Shown piece after piece: positions 49,543 through 63,111 of a stretch of DNA of 124,000 bases (its first letter is position 1; each line of letters opens with the position of its first letter). The DNA lies in NCBI RefSeq assembly GCF_000400465.1, contig NW_008806281.1:144001-268000 (forward strand), written 5' to 3'. This stretch comes from Wallemia ichthyophaga EXF-994 (lineage: Eukaryota; Fungi; Basidiomycota). The position numbers and the translations under genes are program-made. The notes below the pieces were generated by a model. That model did not search any database, was not told the origin of the DNA, and saw only the letters and a list, made by a program, of their open reading frames with translations.

Positions 49543-51694
49543 ATGAGATTTCATTCACGGCTTATGAATTTGAAGCCATCTCTTATCAATAAACCCGCTG
49601 ACGGTGTTAGGCCTGCAATTTGGAAGTCACTCGCACCGTACATCTCCAACCACCATCTTAAATTACCTGCGTTGCCAGTCCCATCTCTGGAAAACACTGC
49701 AGATCAAGTCTTAAATTCTATCAAGCCATTGACTAATGACGTCAACCAATTTACGCATCTTGAGGGGAAATTGCACAGATTTCTAGCCAACGAAGGCCCA
49801 GCACTCCAGCAGAGACTTATTTCACGCAGTCAAGATCCAGAGCACGTCAATTGGCTTGAGATGTATTGGGACGACGCAGCATACATGTCCTATCGCGATT
49901 CTGTCGTCGTCAACGTTTCTTACTTTTATGGTTTCGCACCACCAAAGCAAAAGCTGGATTTACCTCAGTATGCTGCTAGAGTTGCTCACCACGCTCTTCA
50001 ATTTAGAAAGTTGCTCTATGACGGCCAAATCGAACCTGATGCGATCGGTAGAGACAATTCACCAATTTGCATGAACTCGTACAGGTTCCTCTTTGACGCC
50101 TGCCGCATACCAGCCAAGCCAGCTGATTACGTCAGTGTGCAAAGACAAGGTATCGGCCATGTCGCAGTCGTTTACCGTGGTAATTGGTGGAGCATCCCGT
50201 CAACCACGGGCGACGGTACACCTCTCTCGATTTCAGAGCTTGAGCAAAATATAGAATACATCCTTGATCAGCAAGCCGAAGAGGGGTACGTTGGTCTTCT
50301 TACGACACGCAACAGAGATAAGTGGGCAGATGTGAGTGATCTTGGTCAGGAATACTTTTGCTCACGCTATCTAGGATCGATCTGCTCTGTTGCAAATTGA
50401 CAAAAAGAATGAAGAGTCTTTAGCTGCAATCGAATCAGCTGCCGTTGTTATCACATTAGACGGTAACCAAGCAATCAACTCGCCAGTCGATAAGTCTAGA
50501 CACCTCTGGCATGCAGGTGAAACAGGGAGATTCTCTAACAACCGCTTTGTCGACAAGCCCCTCCAATTCATCTGCTGGCAGGACGAGTCTTCTGAGACAG
50601 CTAGTGGTGGTTTTATGGGTGAGCATTCCTGTGCTGACGGGACGCAACCTCAAAGAGTCTGTGATTACGTTATGGAGAGCATTCAAAAGGCTTCACTGCC
50701 CTCAAATGAGCTGCTCGATCAAGATACTGTTAATGCAGAGAGAAGAGATACCCAAACACCAATCCCCCTCCCGTTCAACCTCGACGGTCTTCAAGGGTCA
50801 ATAAATGATGCCTGGAATGAGATCAAGGAGCTGGCAAATAGCCAAGTTCTTGGATATATCTTAACTAATTATGGCAAAGGAGCGATCAAGAAAGCAGGTT
50901 TTTCACCAGATGCGTGGACGCAGATGGTCATACAGCTCGCTTACTCTCGTTTGGCAGCTAGAGAAGGTGAAGAAGCATTCCCAGCTCCTACATATGAAGC
51001 AGCAATGACACGTTCATTCGCTAATGGCCGTACTGAATGTATTCGCTCAGCCACCACTGACAGCGCGACATTTACTAATGCTATGAACGATCCTTCTAAA
51101 ACCGCTGATGAACGTATAAACGCCTTGGAAGTCGCTGTAAAAACACACTTGAAAAATGCGAAGCAGGCCGGTTTAGCTCAAGGTTGCGATAGACATCTGT
51201 TTGGTAGGCAATTCAATCAGCTTTTAGCACGTACTTTGCTAATAGGTTCTTAAAAGGTCTGAAGAAATCACTGCTTCCTACTGAACCTGTGCCTGAGATT
51301 TTCAATGACGGGCTCCTCTCAAAATCAGGCACTTGGACACTGTGAGTGTAGAGAGCTGTGATTTAACTACACTTAACGACACTTCAGCTCAACCTCACAG
51401 ATATCATCAAAATACTTTGACACATATGGATGGGGCGAAGTGGTGCCAAGCGGGTGAGAGGTTTAGCAGTACCATTTGAAATATTCTAACCTTAATTCTA
51501 GTTTTGGAGTCGCCTACGCTATCTTCGAGGATTATCTTCAATTCACAGTAACAAGTCATAGCGCTTATGGCACAGCTTCAGAGAAGAATGACATGGGCAA
51601 AGAACGTAACGAAGCATTTTTGAAGGATTTGACCACAGCTGCGAACGACATGTTGTCGCTTTTTGGGTCTTCTGAACGTCAATCTAAACTTTAA
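49543..51694 (+). CDS. CAT2: Carnitine O-acetyltransferase with C-terminal PTS1 (SKL)
   Basis: LPALPVP.LE.T, NWLE.YWD..AY..YR..VV.NVSY, NR..DKP.Q, EHS.ADG, YEAA.TR.F..GRTE.IRS, G.DRHL. Ends ...RQSKL*. Confidence 0.93.
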
Positions 51695-52334
51695 GTCTAG
51701 TTGAGGGACCGCTGTGTCAGATATTTGCATAACGTTTACGATTTAATTAAACTCCATATAAATAATGAATACCTTTGATAAAACCAGCTGGGATTTGGTT
51801 ATCGAAAACCTGAAAATGGTCTCACTTCTGCTGATATGTGGTTAAGATAAATCTAACTTGGTAGCAAAATAAATTCAACGCAACATTCCAATTGCTTTCA
51901 TCGTACAGTACTCTACAAGATAACCTCGTTGAAGTGGAGGTTGCAAAAAGTTCTATGGATTGGCGCACATTGATAACAACAGGATTTCGTTTCATGTTAT
52001 ATTAAGCATGCTGAAAAAATTTTGATAAAAAACCAATACATGAACGCATTTAGTACCAACTGATATCAATATTGCGCGATAATCTTATAAATGAACTGCG
52101 ACTAGCATCACCGATTGCAAATCAGTCTCAAATTTGCGTTGAAATGCACATATTAAAGAATGTGTACTCGAATTTTAGGTCCTTTTATAACGTAATAAAG
52201 TAAAACCCTTATCCCCTTGACATCAAGACACAAATTGTCAGATAGTAAACCAAGACTTAGACCAGCCACAAGATACGATGAAGATCATGTCGCGTCGATC
52301 CACCCTACCTCCACATCCATATTCAAAAGGAAAA

Positions 52335-53003
52335 GAGCTAAAAAACCAGCTGATGGTGTTAGGCCTGCTTTGTGGAAGTCACTCACGCCGTACATCTCAA
52401 ACCATGATTTGAAGCTGCCTGCGTTACCAGTGCCATCTTTGGAGAATATAGTCGTGCAGTTGTTGACATTTGTCAAACCATTGACGAATGACGTCACCCA
52501 AGTCAGAGATCTCGAAGGCAAACTGAAGAAATTTCTAACAAAAGAGGACCTCAAGCTCCAGAAGAGGATAATTTCACACAGTCAAAATCCAGAGCACGTC
52601 AATTGGCTCGAGCAGTATTGGGACGACGCAACCTACATGTCTTATCGTGATTCTGCCGTTGTGAATGTATCTTATTATGCTGGATAGAAATCAATGAATC
52701 ACAATTGTAACTTAATTTAATATGCAGCTCGAATGGCTCACTTTGTTCTTCAATTCCGAAAGATGCTCTACGACGGCAATATCGGACCTGATACACGGCT
52801 GCAACAAAACGCCAATGTGCATGAACGCATACAGATTCATCTTTGATGCCTGCCGCATACCAGCCAAGCCAGCTGATTACGTCAGTGTGCAAAGACAAGA
52901 TATCGGTCACGTCGCAGTCGTTTACCGTGGTAATTGGTGGAGCATCCCGTCAACCACGGGCGACGGTACACCTCTCTCGATTTCAGAGCTTGAGCAAAAT
53001 ATA
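52335..53003 (+). pseudogene. Truncated, frameshifted duplicate of the CAT2 5' half
   Basis: Aligns to about 49590-50253, with a disrupted stretch near 52680-52800. Ends abruptly at ...GAGCAAAATATA, where the LINE tail begins. Confidence 0.85.
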
Positions 53004-53560
53004 ATGATGATGAAATCTGATTATATTGTTAAGACGATACATGTTATAAACCGCGTCCATCAATACTTCTTAAAGCATGAGGAGTCAAAGGGGATGCGGA
53101 ATTTACTGGAAGCGTTTCTTTACTAGCGTCGTAATTTGTAAATTGTTGGTGGTTCTCAATTACATTGAACCATCGGAGTATCTTTGGTACGTAGTCAATT
53201 GCGGTTTGAAGAACTCGTAAAGGGCTTGTAAAGAGTGTGTGTTTCTGAGTATTGGACCTAATTCGAACCGAATATTGATCTTGGTAATCTTCCTTCTTAA
53301 TGTGATTCTGGCCATTATGTGTCTTTTGAGTATGAAGATTCTATGCGAGATGGTGTCCTCTGTGCCATACGCACTGTATTTAGGTGAATCAATCAGTCGG
53401 AACCGGTAACGGTAAGACTTAGTCGTAGGGTAATGCCCTGACCGTAGCTGGGTGGCTAGGCATCTCGTTGAGTACCTTGGCCGTTTTTGCTGCTGTAAAT
53501 CTTCCAGTTGATGTTTTTGCGGCGTTGGACTTAAAAGATAGAAATCATAATACATAGTCA
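53004..53560 (-). mobile_element. 5'-truncated non-LTR retrotransposon (LINE), copy 2 (may extend to about 53850)
   Basis: Colinear with copy 1 from the (ATG)3 tail to about 53406. Continues upstream into LATQLRSGHYPTTKSYRYRFRLIDSPK, matching the QLRTGH...SPxC motif of fungal LINE ORF2. The knuckle cysteines are mutated (C to Y/L). Confidence 0.82.
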
Positions 53561-53940
53561 AAAGCGTTACAACTATAAATAATCTTCGCTTACCTATACT
53601 TCTTGTACATAGAAAGCTGACGATAATAGTAACTCAAAGGGATGCGGTTCTTGATACGTGTGCCGTAAATTGGGAGGTAACTACGTGGAGCTACCGGAAG
53701 CGCGCGTGTGGGTCCTGAGCTGGTTTTTGAAGAGCTCGTAGAGAGCGCGTTGGACTTAATGTCTAATATTTTGGAGGCTTCTACTTTTAGGGATGCTGTA
53801 TAGTGCTCACATATTCTGCGTCGCATTGCTGAGTGTAAGGGTACTCCACATAGTCCGAAAAAATTTCCCGAAAAGGATTTGAAGTAGTCAATGTCTAATA
53901 TTTACGATGTTGTTGCTACTTGAACGGTTCACACCATCAA

Positions 53941-54013
53941 GCCTTGCTAGCTCAATCGGTAGAGCGTGTGACTCTTAATCACAAGGCTGCGGGTTCGAGC
54001 CCCGCGTGGGGCT
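53941..54013 (+). tRNA. tRNA-Lys(CUU)
   Basis: Identical to 8542-8614; T5 terminator at 54018-54022. Confidence 0.97.
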
Positions 54014-54408
54014 AATATTTTTGCATCGCTGTTTTTTTTCCAGAATTTAGCATGGTGAACCATTTTGTGCAGGGATATGAGAATAGGAGGATTTTTTTTT
54101 TTGCATCGACGTAGTCGCAGAAGCATTGCAATAGAAAAGGATTAATTGATGGAATGTAAGATATCTTATTTCCAAAATTCTCGCTAATGTATTTTTGGTA
54201 ACTGGTCTGCCGTGAACGTTTGTTTGGATAGGTGATAGTAGAGAGCTTTCAGTGTATCTTGCAGGTGGAGGATAGATCTTACGTTGTGGAAAAGAAATCA
54301 TCTAAAGCTTAACACTCACATGTAAAAATCTCAACAGAACCACACACACACACTTCTATAAATACAATAAAGTATGAATGAGTACAAAACCAATCACTTA
54401 AGTTAAAC

Positions 54409-55727
54409 TTAAGCGAGACGGCCAGAGGTAGAACCGTAGAAGGCAGCCTTTTCAGCTGAAGTTTGGAATTTACCGTGACCAATCTTGGATGATGTATCGA
54501 TGAACTTGAGGTTGACCTTTTCGAGGTGTGCTCTTGAGGTGTGCACTTGGTGGGACTTTCTCAAAGTGATAGCTCTCTTCTTTGGACCAACGATACAACC
54601 CTTGAGCATGATGAAGTCGTTTTGAACAACACCGTAGTGAGGGAAACCACCCATTGGAGTGATTTGCTTGTCAGTTGGGTCAAAGTCGGTAGAAGCGTTC
54701 TTGTTGTCTTCACCGTTTGCGATTCTGTACACCTTCTTGTTGAGTTCGGTACGGTGGTGGAAACCATCCTGACCAGAACGCGCAACAGTGAACATGACGT
54801 TGGATGGGTGCCAAGCACCAATACAAGCAACCTTTCTAAGACCCTTGTGAGTCTTTCTTGGGAGACGAGTGACGTTCCATCTCTTGGTGACACCCTCGTA
54901 ACCTCTACCCTTGGTGATACCGATGGCATCGATGACCTCGTCTTGTTCGAAGACAGATGAGGCGTTGAAGGTCTTCTCGAAGTGAGACTTGGCGAAGTCA
55001 ACCTTGTCAGCGACTGAGCCACCGTTCACTTGAATCTCCATGAGGTGGGCCTTCTTTTGCTGGAGAGAAGTCTTTGAGACTTGGGTGTGAGCCAAGACAC
55101 GAACGACTTGACAGTACTTCTTGATACGCTCGATTTCACGAGAGATGGAAGCACCAGAGTTCTCAGAGTGCTTCTTAGCGTACTTGGTGAAAGCCTTCTT
55201 CTTTGAGCGGTACCAGTTCTTGTAGAAGCGACGCTTGAGTTCGTCACTAAGGTGCTCAGCCCAAACGGTGGTGAGTGAGCGGAGACCTCTTGGAGTCTCG
55301 ACGTAACCGACAACACCGACGACAGCCATTGGAGGAGTTTCGACGATGGTGACTGGCTCAACGACTTCACGCTTGTGCATCTTTGAGCCTAAGAGGGTGT
55401 AAGAGGAGGATGAAAAATTTCTAAAAACACGAACCTGGTCTGTCGAGGTCTCTGACGACGTGGGTCATACCAGCCTTGTAACCCATCAAACCAGTGAGGT
55501 GGACTGGCTTCTTAGCGTCATCCTTAGGGAAAGACTTGCACTTTCCTCTAGCACTGGGTGGGTGTTAGGCTGTGAAGCGGGAAGACAGCCAAATAACTTA
55601 CCCGACGTTAGTGCAGCGCTTCTTTGGCAAGAATCCTAAAGAACCGTGTCTTGGGGCCTAAATTTGATTAGAGTTCGTCTTGGTTGGTGTACGTGTGGCT
55701 ACTCACTTCGTACTTTCTGTGAGACAT
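54409..55727 (-). CDS. RPL3: 60S ribosomal protein uL3
   Basis: MSHRKYE|[11 protein letters not shown]..., [34 protein letters not shown]. Several 5' introns. Confidence 0.98.
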
Positions 55728-56341
55728 CTGAGAAGACGTTAGAATGATGCAAATGAGAGGGAATAAGTCCCAATATGAGAAGGAGTGTACTGCATAATAT
55801 CCACCAGCATTTCAACCTTCCTTACGCTCACGCTTTAAACTAAGCTAAATCTGATTCCGCAGATAAAACGCAGCAACTCTTATTCAAATACTGGGACTTG
55901 TCTAAACCTACCCTCAAGTGGCCGTTGTTCGAGCTAAAGAGCAATTTCTGATTGATTCTCGAGCGATGCGTCAAATTTACATTTTCAATCAAAAATCCAA
56001 AATTCTGAATAATGGGTTAAATTAAATTTAAAATCCATTATTCTCATCTGAAATACTATTCTTTCTAAATTACTGATTATTTACACTTTCAACTGACGTG
56101 AAGATTTTCAATCGATAATGCAAAGAGATAAATGGGTTGGATGTATTCAAATGAGCTATATGTACTATAATATATATAAATTACTATCGAATTGCACCGA
56201 ATTGAGTTAATTGATCGTATGTCATAGGGACTCAAACTGCTGAGCGATTACGCTCTATACCTCTGTACAATATTGGTAATACACATCAGCCGAAGCCTTG
56301 AGCCTTCCGTCACCATCTCTTACCTCAACAACCAACAGCCA

Positions 56342-58077
56342 ATGAACGATCCGCTTACATCCAAATTCAATTACGAGGAAGACTTTAAATACGATAACAG
56401 CAACGACGACTCGGAGGAATTCGTTTATGAAAATGCAGATGCAGATAATCTCGTTGAGCCCACCAGAGAAGTCAGCGAGCAACTCGAGAACACATTGCAG
56501 CTCAATACAGGCAAGGAGAAAGACAAAGAAAACTCGCAAGATGTCAGTGATGAGTATTTATCACGTCTATTCAAAGCAGCTTCCTCCGGCGATCTAGATA
56601 CTCTCGAATTTCTCCAACCCTCATTCGCGCATTCAAATGAGACTAATAAAAGAAGCGGAATCACTCCTCTTCATGCTGCTTCTAGTAATGGACACTTGGA
56701 TGTCGTCAAGTACCTCATTCAAGACGCTGGTGCGATGCTCGAGTTGGAAGACAGGGAAGGTGAAACCGCGCTGTTGAGAGCCTCTCACAAACCAGCCAAC
56801 CTTCCGACTGTCGCTTATCTTCTTGGTGCTGGCGCCAATGTCGCACACGTTGACAGCGACGGTTGGAATGCCCTACATAACGCCTCTGCTAATGGATCTG
56901 AAGATGCCGTCAGAATTATACTTAACAACGCTGACAAGGATATCATTGATAGCGTCGGCGGTATGCAAGGTGGTCCTGGATATACTCCTCTAATGAATGC
57001 AGCAAGCAGAGGTCATCTCCACGTTGTCATTTTCCTTCTCACTGAGGCGAGCGCACCTGCAGATCCTTTCATTCGCAACAAATCTGGTGCTACTGCCTAC
57101 TCACTAGCAGCTGAGAGCTTGAATTTTGATATCTGCGAGGTGAGTGTGTTTCAATACCCTACACAATACCAACATTGTCCCAGTTCATTCTCGAGTCTGA
57201 GAAGGGGCTCGTAAAGGATCCTGCTTCTTATAACCCTCTCAAATACCATCAGTCAGCACCTATCGCCATCCTCGAAAACCAGCGCTTGGATTGTCGTATG
57301 TCAACGCTGGCGAAAACAGGCGGTATTCCGCGTTGGTCCAACTCGGGCTTAGGACAGGGCGGTAGAAGACCTAAGTGGGAGCTACTAGATGGTCGTCCAA
57401 TAGATGCTACAGATCCTTTCAACGATGTACAGATACCTTCAATCGGCAAACCGTTCACACTCAACCTGACAACGGTATCAGGAAAGCCATCAAGCAATCG
57501 TGGCGCGTATCACTGGACTACTGATGACTGGCTAGTATGGAGATCAGCCGGTAAAGAAGATGGCGAGGGATGGATGTATGCACACGACTTTAGTGCTAAT
57601 GGCCTTCAATGGAAGGGGAACAAAAACAAGGAAATCGAGAATCTCGAAAAGGGTACCGGATTAAGCTCTATCAAGGCTACACAGATGTTTGGTGGTAGAT
57701 CCGGTAAGAGTGGTAGCAAGACAACATCCTCAGACAATGTAGACAAGAACTACTGGGTGAGGAGGCGAAGATGGGTGCGAGTGCTTCAAAGAGATCCAAG
57801 TAGGCTTTCATATATTTTTACAATACTTTCTAACCAGCATACAGCCTTGACACTTGCATACACAACCCCGGAACTCAAAACACCAAAGGCAAGACCAAGT
57901 GGAATGGCCGATGTAGCATTGAAGGATATACCACCAGCACACAGCAACACAAACGACAGTAAAAGCAAACTTAGTGCTAAAAGCACTCCGTTCAATCCAG
58001 CCAATGCAATGAGTATGTCTACACCCTCACTGCCAGCAGCGACGACCAACTTCAGCGCACGATTCCCCAAGGCATGA
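56342..58077 (+). CDS. Ankyrin-repeat protein with dysferlin/peroxin (DysF)-like domain
   Basis: TPLHAAS.NGHL, TPLMNAAS.GHL repeats; W..DDW...D.EGW.YA.DF...WVRRRRWVR. Confidence 0.8.
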
Positions 58078-58186
58078 TAGCAAGGCTTGAAAGCGAATGA
58101 GAGTAAACCGTAGGCATTGAATTGTAAATACCTAGAATGATTAAATAGCACTCGTTATCTACGCACTTCCATCATCTCGTCATAGA

Positions 58187-60669
58187 ATGCTGCAAAATCA
58201 ACAGCGCAAACGGCCGCACTACAATGAGGAGGATATAAAAGCGCAGTTGTCGCAGGTACATTTGATAGAATTCGATAGCTCGAATGTGCAGGACGAGTCG
58301 CTCGAGCAACTTGGTCCAATACTAAAGAATATCAACGAATCGCAGCAGGAGAGAGACTATGTGAAGGCATTAGATGCTTTCATAGCAGAGAAGGACAAGG
58401 AGATTGAGGAGCAGTGCAAATACAATTATCAGGTGAGTTGTACAGCAGCGGCACTGAGAAGCACGGCTGATCAAATGTTTGAAGGACTTTGTAGGATCAG
58501 TGAAGACGCTTCTTGGAGTGCGCAAGAGCACAATGCAGCTTAAGCAGAAGATCGTCCAGGTAAATGATGACATGCAGTCTGCAGGAAGATCTCTAGTCAT
58601 GAAGGTGTGTATTACAACACATACATCATAATGCACATCTAATATTCCTTACAGAAGAAGGAATTACTTGAAATAAACAGAACAAACGGTAATATCGACC
58701 AAGCTACAGAAATGATGCGCGCATTTCAGCATGTACTCGAAATGATGAAAAGAGTTGATGAGCTGATAGAGAGTAGGAAATACTACGCAGCTTTACGCTC
58801 TCTTGACGATCTCGCTATTCACCATCTTCCACCATTAGCGAATTACACACTCGGTGCTCACCTATTAGATGGTATTCCAGCAATGCGTCGTACAGTCTGC
58901 GATAGTGCATCATTCGAGTTGAAAGACTGGCTGCTCGGTATCAGGAACATTCAGCGCATAGTCGGTGCTTTAGCTCTATCCAACACGAATGAAAGACAGC
59001 AGCGATGGCGCAGCAAAAAGCAATCAGATCCCCTATTAGTCAACAGCGGTATTAACTCCCCATTAGAACTGGTCATGAATCAAGATAATTTCGATCCACT
59101 AAATAACAACGACGTTAGTATCGACTTCAAGCCGCTACTGCACTGTATACACATCTACGACGCACTGGCAGCTAGACAAGACTTAAGGAAAGCGTATCAG
59201 GAGGACAGAAAGTCGCAAGCTGATTTGATTTTGTCAACAAGAAGTGATCACGATTTCTCGCATTCGTTGCAGCATCTCCTACAGGACGTTGTCGGATTCT
59301 TTATCGTCGAGAGGTATGTACTCAGTCTGACTAGTGGCTTCAGGAGCGAGAGTAATGTCGATGATCTGTGGGATCTCATATGCTCTGGTATATCTAGCGT
59401 AGTTAGGGATGGTCTGCGCACATCACAGTCGCATGTGACAGTCAAAGAAAATGTAATGACGTTTATTTGGACGCTCGAAAGCTACGATTTTGACGTACAG
59501 CAATTGAACACGCTACTTCACGCATTGTTCGAAGAATATACCACATTACTTCATGATAACTACTCAAAAGAGCTAAGGAGCGTATTTGAAGGCAGTGATC
59601 AGCAAGCTCTTGTGGTCCAGTCTTCTGAGGATCTCGAAAGTATACTTAGTATTTGCTGGGTTGACAACTCTTCAGTCTCAGCCGTATATTCTCAGAAACC
59701 ACCTATTCATTTACCCTTTTCAAGCATATACCCAGATTCATGCAGATTATTGCGACAATTTATCGAAGATTTTTACAAATACACGGATGGATACGCTCAA
59801 GTGGATACTAACAGTCTAATCGTGGATGGCTTAGACAGTGTGATGAGAGATGGAGTAGTCAAAGCGCTAAGCGTGATTGCCGAGGGTGTCTTTAATCTCT
59901 CACAAGCGGTCCAGTTGGCTGTAGATGTCAGTTATTTCGAGTTTGCAGCTGGAGAGCTAATCAAGTGGTTGAGTGCTCTGTTTGGAGGTGTACACGACAC
60001 ATCCCGTTCGTCTCACCAGCTGAATTGTATCAAAGACGTTAAGAAGCTGTCAAAGCAAACTTTGACGCGTATAAGTGCTCTTATTGGCGACAAACTCGAC
60101 TCATTATTCGAGATGGCAGAGGTTGAATGGACCCCAGACTCTTCTACGGCACTCAAGAGTGACGTAAATCCGAGCGAGTATTTAAGGGAAATGACAGATT
60201 ACCTCTCTTTTATCAGCTCATCGGTGCTGACTAATTTGCCTACTAGTCTGCGCGACCAGGCTTATGCGAATGCTGTGCAACATATTGCTGAAGGTATACT
60301 TGATTTGTTGGTCGGTAGCGAAGTGCAAGTGATTAATGAAAAGGGACTAGATAACGTCAGAATCGACGTCAATTTCCTCATGACACAGTGTATTAGCGAC
60401 CAAAAACCACCAACGCTTACTGAACTGGATCAGATACTGAATTTGGTAAAGCTGAATCACATACAGGCATTCTTTGATAGTTCGACGTGAGTGCTAGATT
60501 GACAATGTTCAATTTATCTAACCAACACTTAAGATTCAGGAGAACTAAATATGGTAATGTGACGCCCAAGGTGAGTTACGACTTATCTAGACTCTTTAAA
60601 CTTAGCAGAGAACAGAACTTATTGGCGGTGTTGGACAAGCTGAGCAAAAGTCATTTAACTAGATTGTGA
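58187..60669 (+). CDS. SEC15: Exocyst subunit Sec15 (multi-exon)
   Basis: E.LEQLGPI.K, E.EIE..C..NYQ.F, YY.AL.SL.DL, IDFKPL..CIHIY..L, PSEYL.E...YL. Confidence 0.9.
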
Positions 60670-60739
60670 ATTTGTCTATATTTTTGTAATTTCGTCACTG
60701 TCTGTCTAATCGACTATTGTTATCATCATCACCATCATC

Positions 60740-61555
60740 ATGGACGGAGATCAAAATCAGCGGAAAATATCAGTTTTCAAACCATACGAGAAGACGAGTT
60801 GTATGTGGATGCTGAAATTCGCGACTTGTATTTACACGATATAGCCACGCAGGAATACCCAGAATCGTACTTTGAGCCTACGTCGAGCGAGCTTGCAAAA
60901 GCACACACAGCGACATCGAAGCGATTAGAGAGTGAATATGAGGGCCCATTAAAGACGCGAGTGATGAGGGAGAGAGAGGAGAAGCAGCGCAAGGCTAGAT
61001 GGCCGACAGTAAGTGAAGTGTTATGACGTACGTTTGTACGACACTGACACTGCCAACTCCCCATACAGACGAATATACGCGTGAAGTTTGCAGATAGAAG
61101 TATCATACAGTCAGCATTCAGCAGTACTGAGGTTATAGCGCGGGTTTATGACTTTGTGAAAGATACGCTGGACGATAAGTACACAAACGAGGAATTTGTT
61201 CTGTGTGAGTGTTGGTGGTGCATGGAGTGTATTGTACACACAAAGCTCACAATACACAGACCAAAGTCCACCGAGGATTGAATTCAAACCAAACGAAAGC
61301 AAACGCCTTATTGACTTGGGGCTAGCCCCGTCATCGGTGCTCATGATAAAGTTCAAGACAGACAGCCTCAATGCTTCGACATCGAAAGCTCCTCTGAAAG
61401 GTAGTCTCACTGCGAGTGCTCACTCGCTGCCTACGCCTCCGAGCTTCGAGTCGGAACAGAGGACGGAGAAGAACACAGTAGAGAAGCCAGTTCCGAGTGG
61501 AGAGAAGAAGGAGAAAAAGATACCAAAGTGGCTGCTGAAAGGACTAAAAAAGTAG
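60740..61555 (+). CDS. UBX-domain protein (Ubx4/TUG C-terminal type)
   Basis: P..YFEPT..EL..A....., RWPT|TNIRVKFADR..IQ..F, LIDLGLAPSSVL.IKF, K.PKWL. Confidence 0.8.
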
Positions 61556-61813
61556 ATTATGTACGAAGTTATGTCATTGGTTAGATAGCGCTATAGTTGA
61601 GAATCGCGTGTGATCAGGGGTATATCTTGTGCGACAATTACCTATACTATACCTCATTTATTTGTCTTCAAAGTTCCTTGGCTCGCGTTCGCGCCGCTGC
61701 TAAAAGCGCGAAATGAGATATGAATATGCACTAAAATAACCCAAAAACCGGCAGATCCGACTTGAACACTAACCAACAACTCAAATCTATCCAACTTTAC
61801 TCAACTTAACCAA

Positions 61814-62945
61814 ATGGTTGGAAAACTTTCCCTACTCTCTCTTGCAGCAGTGGCTGGTGTAGCATCGGCGCAATCGATCGACTATCCCGGAGTGGTCTCG
61901 TCGAATGAAAACGGACCTACAAACCCAGACGAACCGGAACTGGGCACTGACACGCCGGACGACTCGACAGCGCGACTGCTCACAGTGAACAACATTGATG
62001 TGAGTAATGATAAATGAGGCACGCGCGCCCGCACTTACACCCAAATCAGGATTTCTGTATATTCGGACCAAAGGAAGCCGACAAAACGATTGGCGACACG
62101 GAATCTGAGCAGGTAGCTTGGTGCACGCAACCGCGCAACAACGCGCGCCTGATTCCCGAAGATACTTTCACGGGTGCGTAGGATTATAAGTGCAGGAGTG
62201 CGCGCATCGAGACAGTCGCTCACAACACCGCACAGGCCTGCACTTCGTCAAGACACCCTACTACATCCAGCTGCAAGGGTGGGGAGATCTGACCAAGATC
62301 GGGGTGAAGGACGGCGACTACGGCGGCGAGCTCGACCCACACGGTGCCGAAGGAAATGGGAACCCTGTCGGTGGGAATGTCACATCTAACATAACTGGTG
62401 ATGCGGTATTCTACGAGGAGTGGATGGAATTCATTTCGTATGAGCAATTCTGTCTGCGTGTATGTACGGCAGCGGACGATATGTGGGATGCGTCAACTAT
62501 GTGCGAGCACAAGCTGGACGAGATGGGCTGTGGGTTCATCATGCCTGGTGATTATGCGGGCAAGCAGGATGAATTTATTTCGTGCGATGCAGACGCAGCT
62601 TTCCCCCCAGGTGTTTATCCAGATGGAGACGGCTACAGCACTTTCAACCAGCGCTACACGGGTACTATCACCTCTAACACTTATGAGGTATACACCGTAG
62701 GCGATACAGCTACCCCGTCGGCACCGTACAGCACACCTTCTAGCTCCAACTGTGCCACCCAGTCCAGTCTGCATATGTACGTGCACACAGAGAGCGAAAG
62801 CGACGGCCCGCAATCAACCTCCGACGACAGCGGCAACAGTAGCACACAGGCAGAGAACGGTGATAGCGGTGCACGTAACATGGCTCTCGGCGCCATCGCT
62901 ACTGTCTCCATTGGGCTCATTAGTGCATTCGCTGTCTTGTCTTAA
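61814..62945 (+). CDS. Secreted, probably GPI-anchored basidiomycete glycoprotein (macrophage-activating glycoprotein family)
   Basis: Signal peptide; FC.FGP, VAWCT.PRN.AR.IP, GGELDPHGA.G.GNPVGGNV, EWM.FIS..QFC.R.C, HK.DEMGC; Ser-rich linker and hydrophobic tail. Confidence 0.8.
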
Positions 62946-63111
62946 TTACACTCTTTAATGTATTTATTGTATAATTGTATGGTGAAAATGAATGAATAGT
63001 ACAAGTGTGTTGATTTTTAAACATGCTAATTTGATATCCTGAACAATGCAAACTACAACTACACTTCTGCATCTACAGCAGTCTCCTCAGGAACCGATTT
63101 TGACTGCACTA

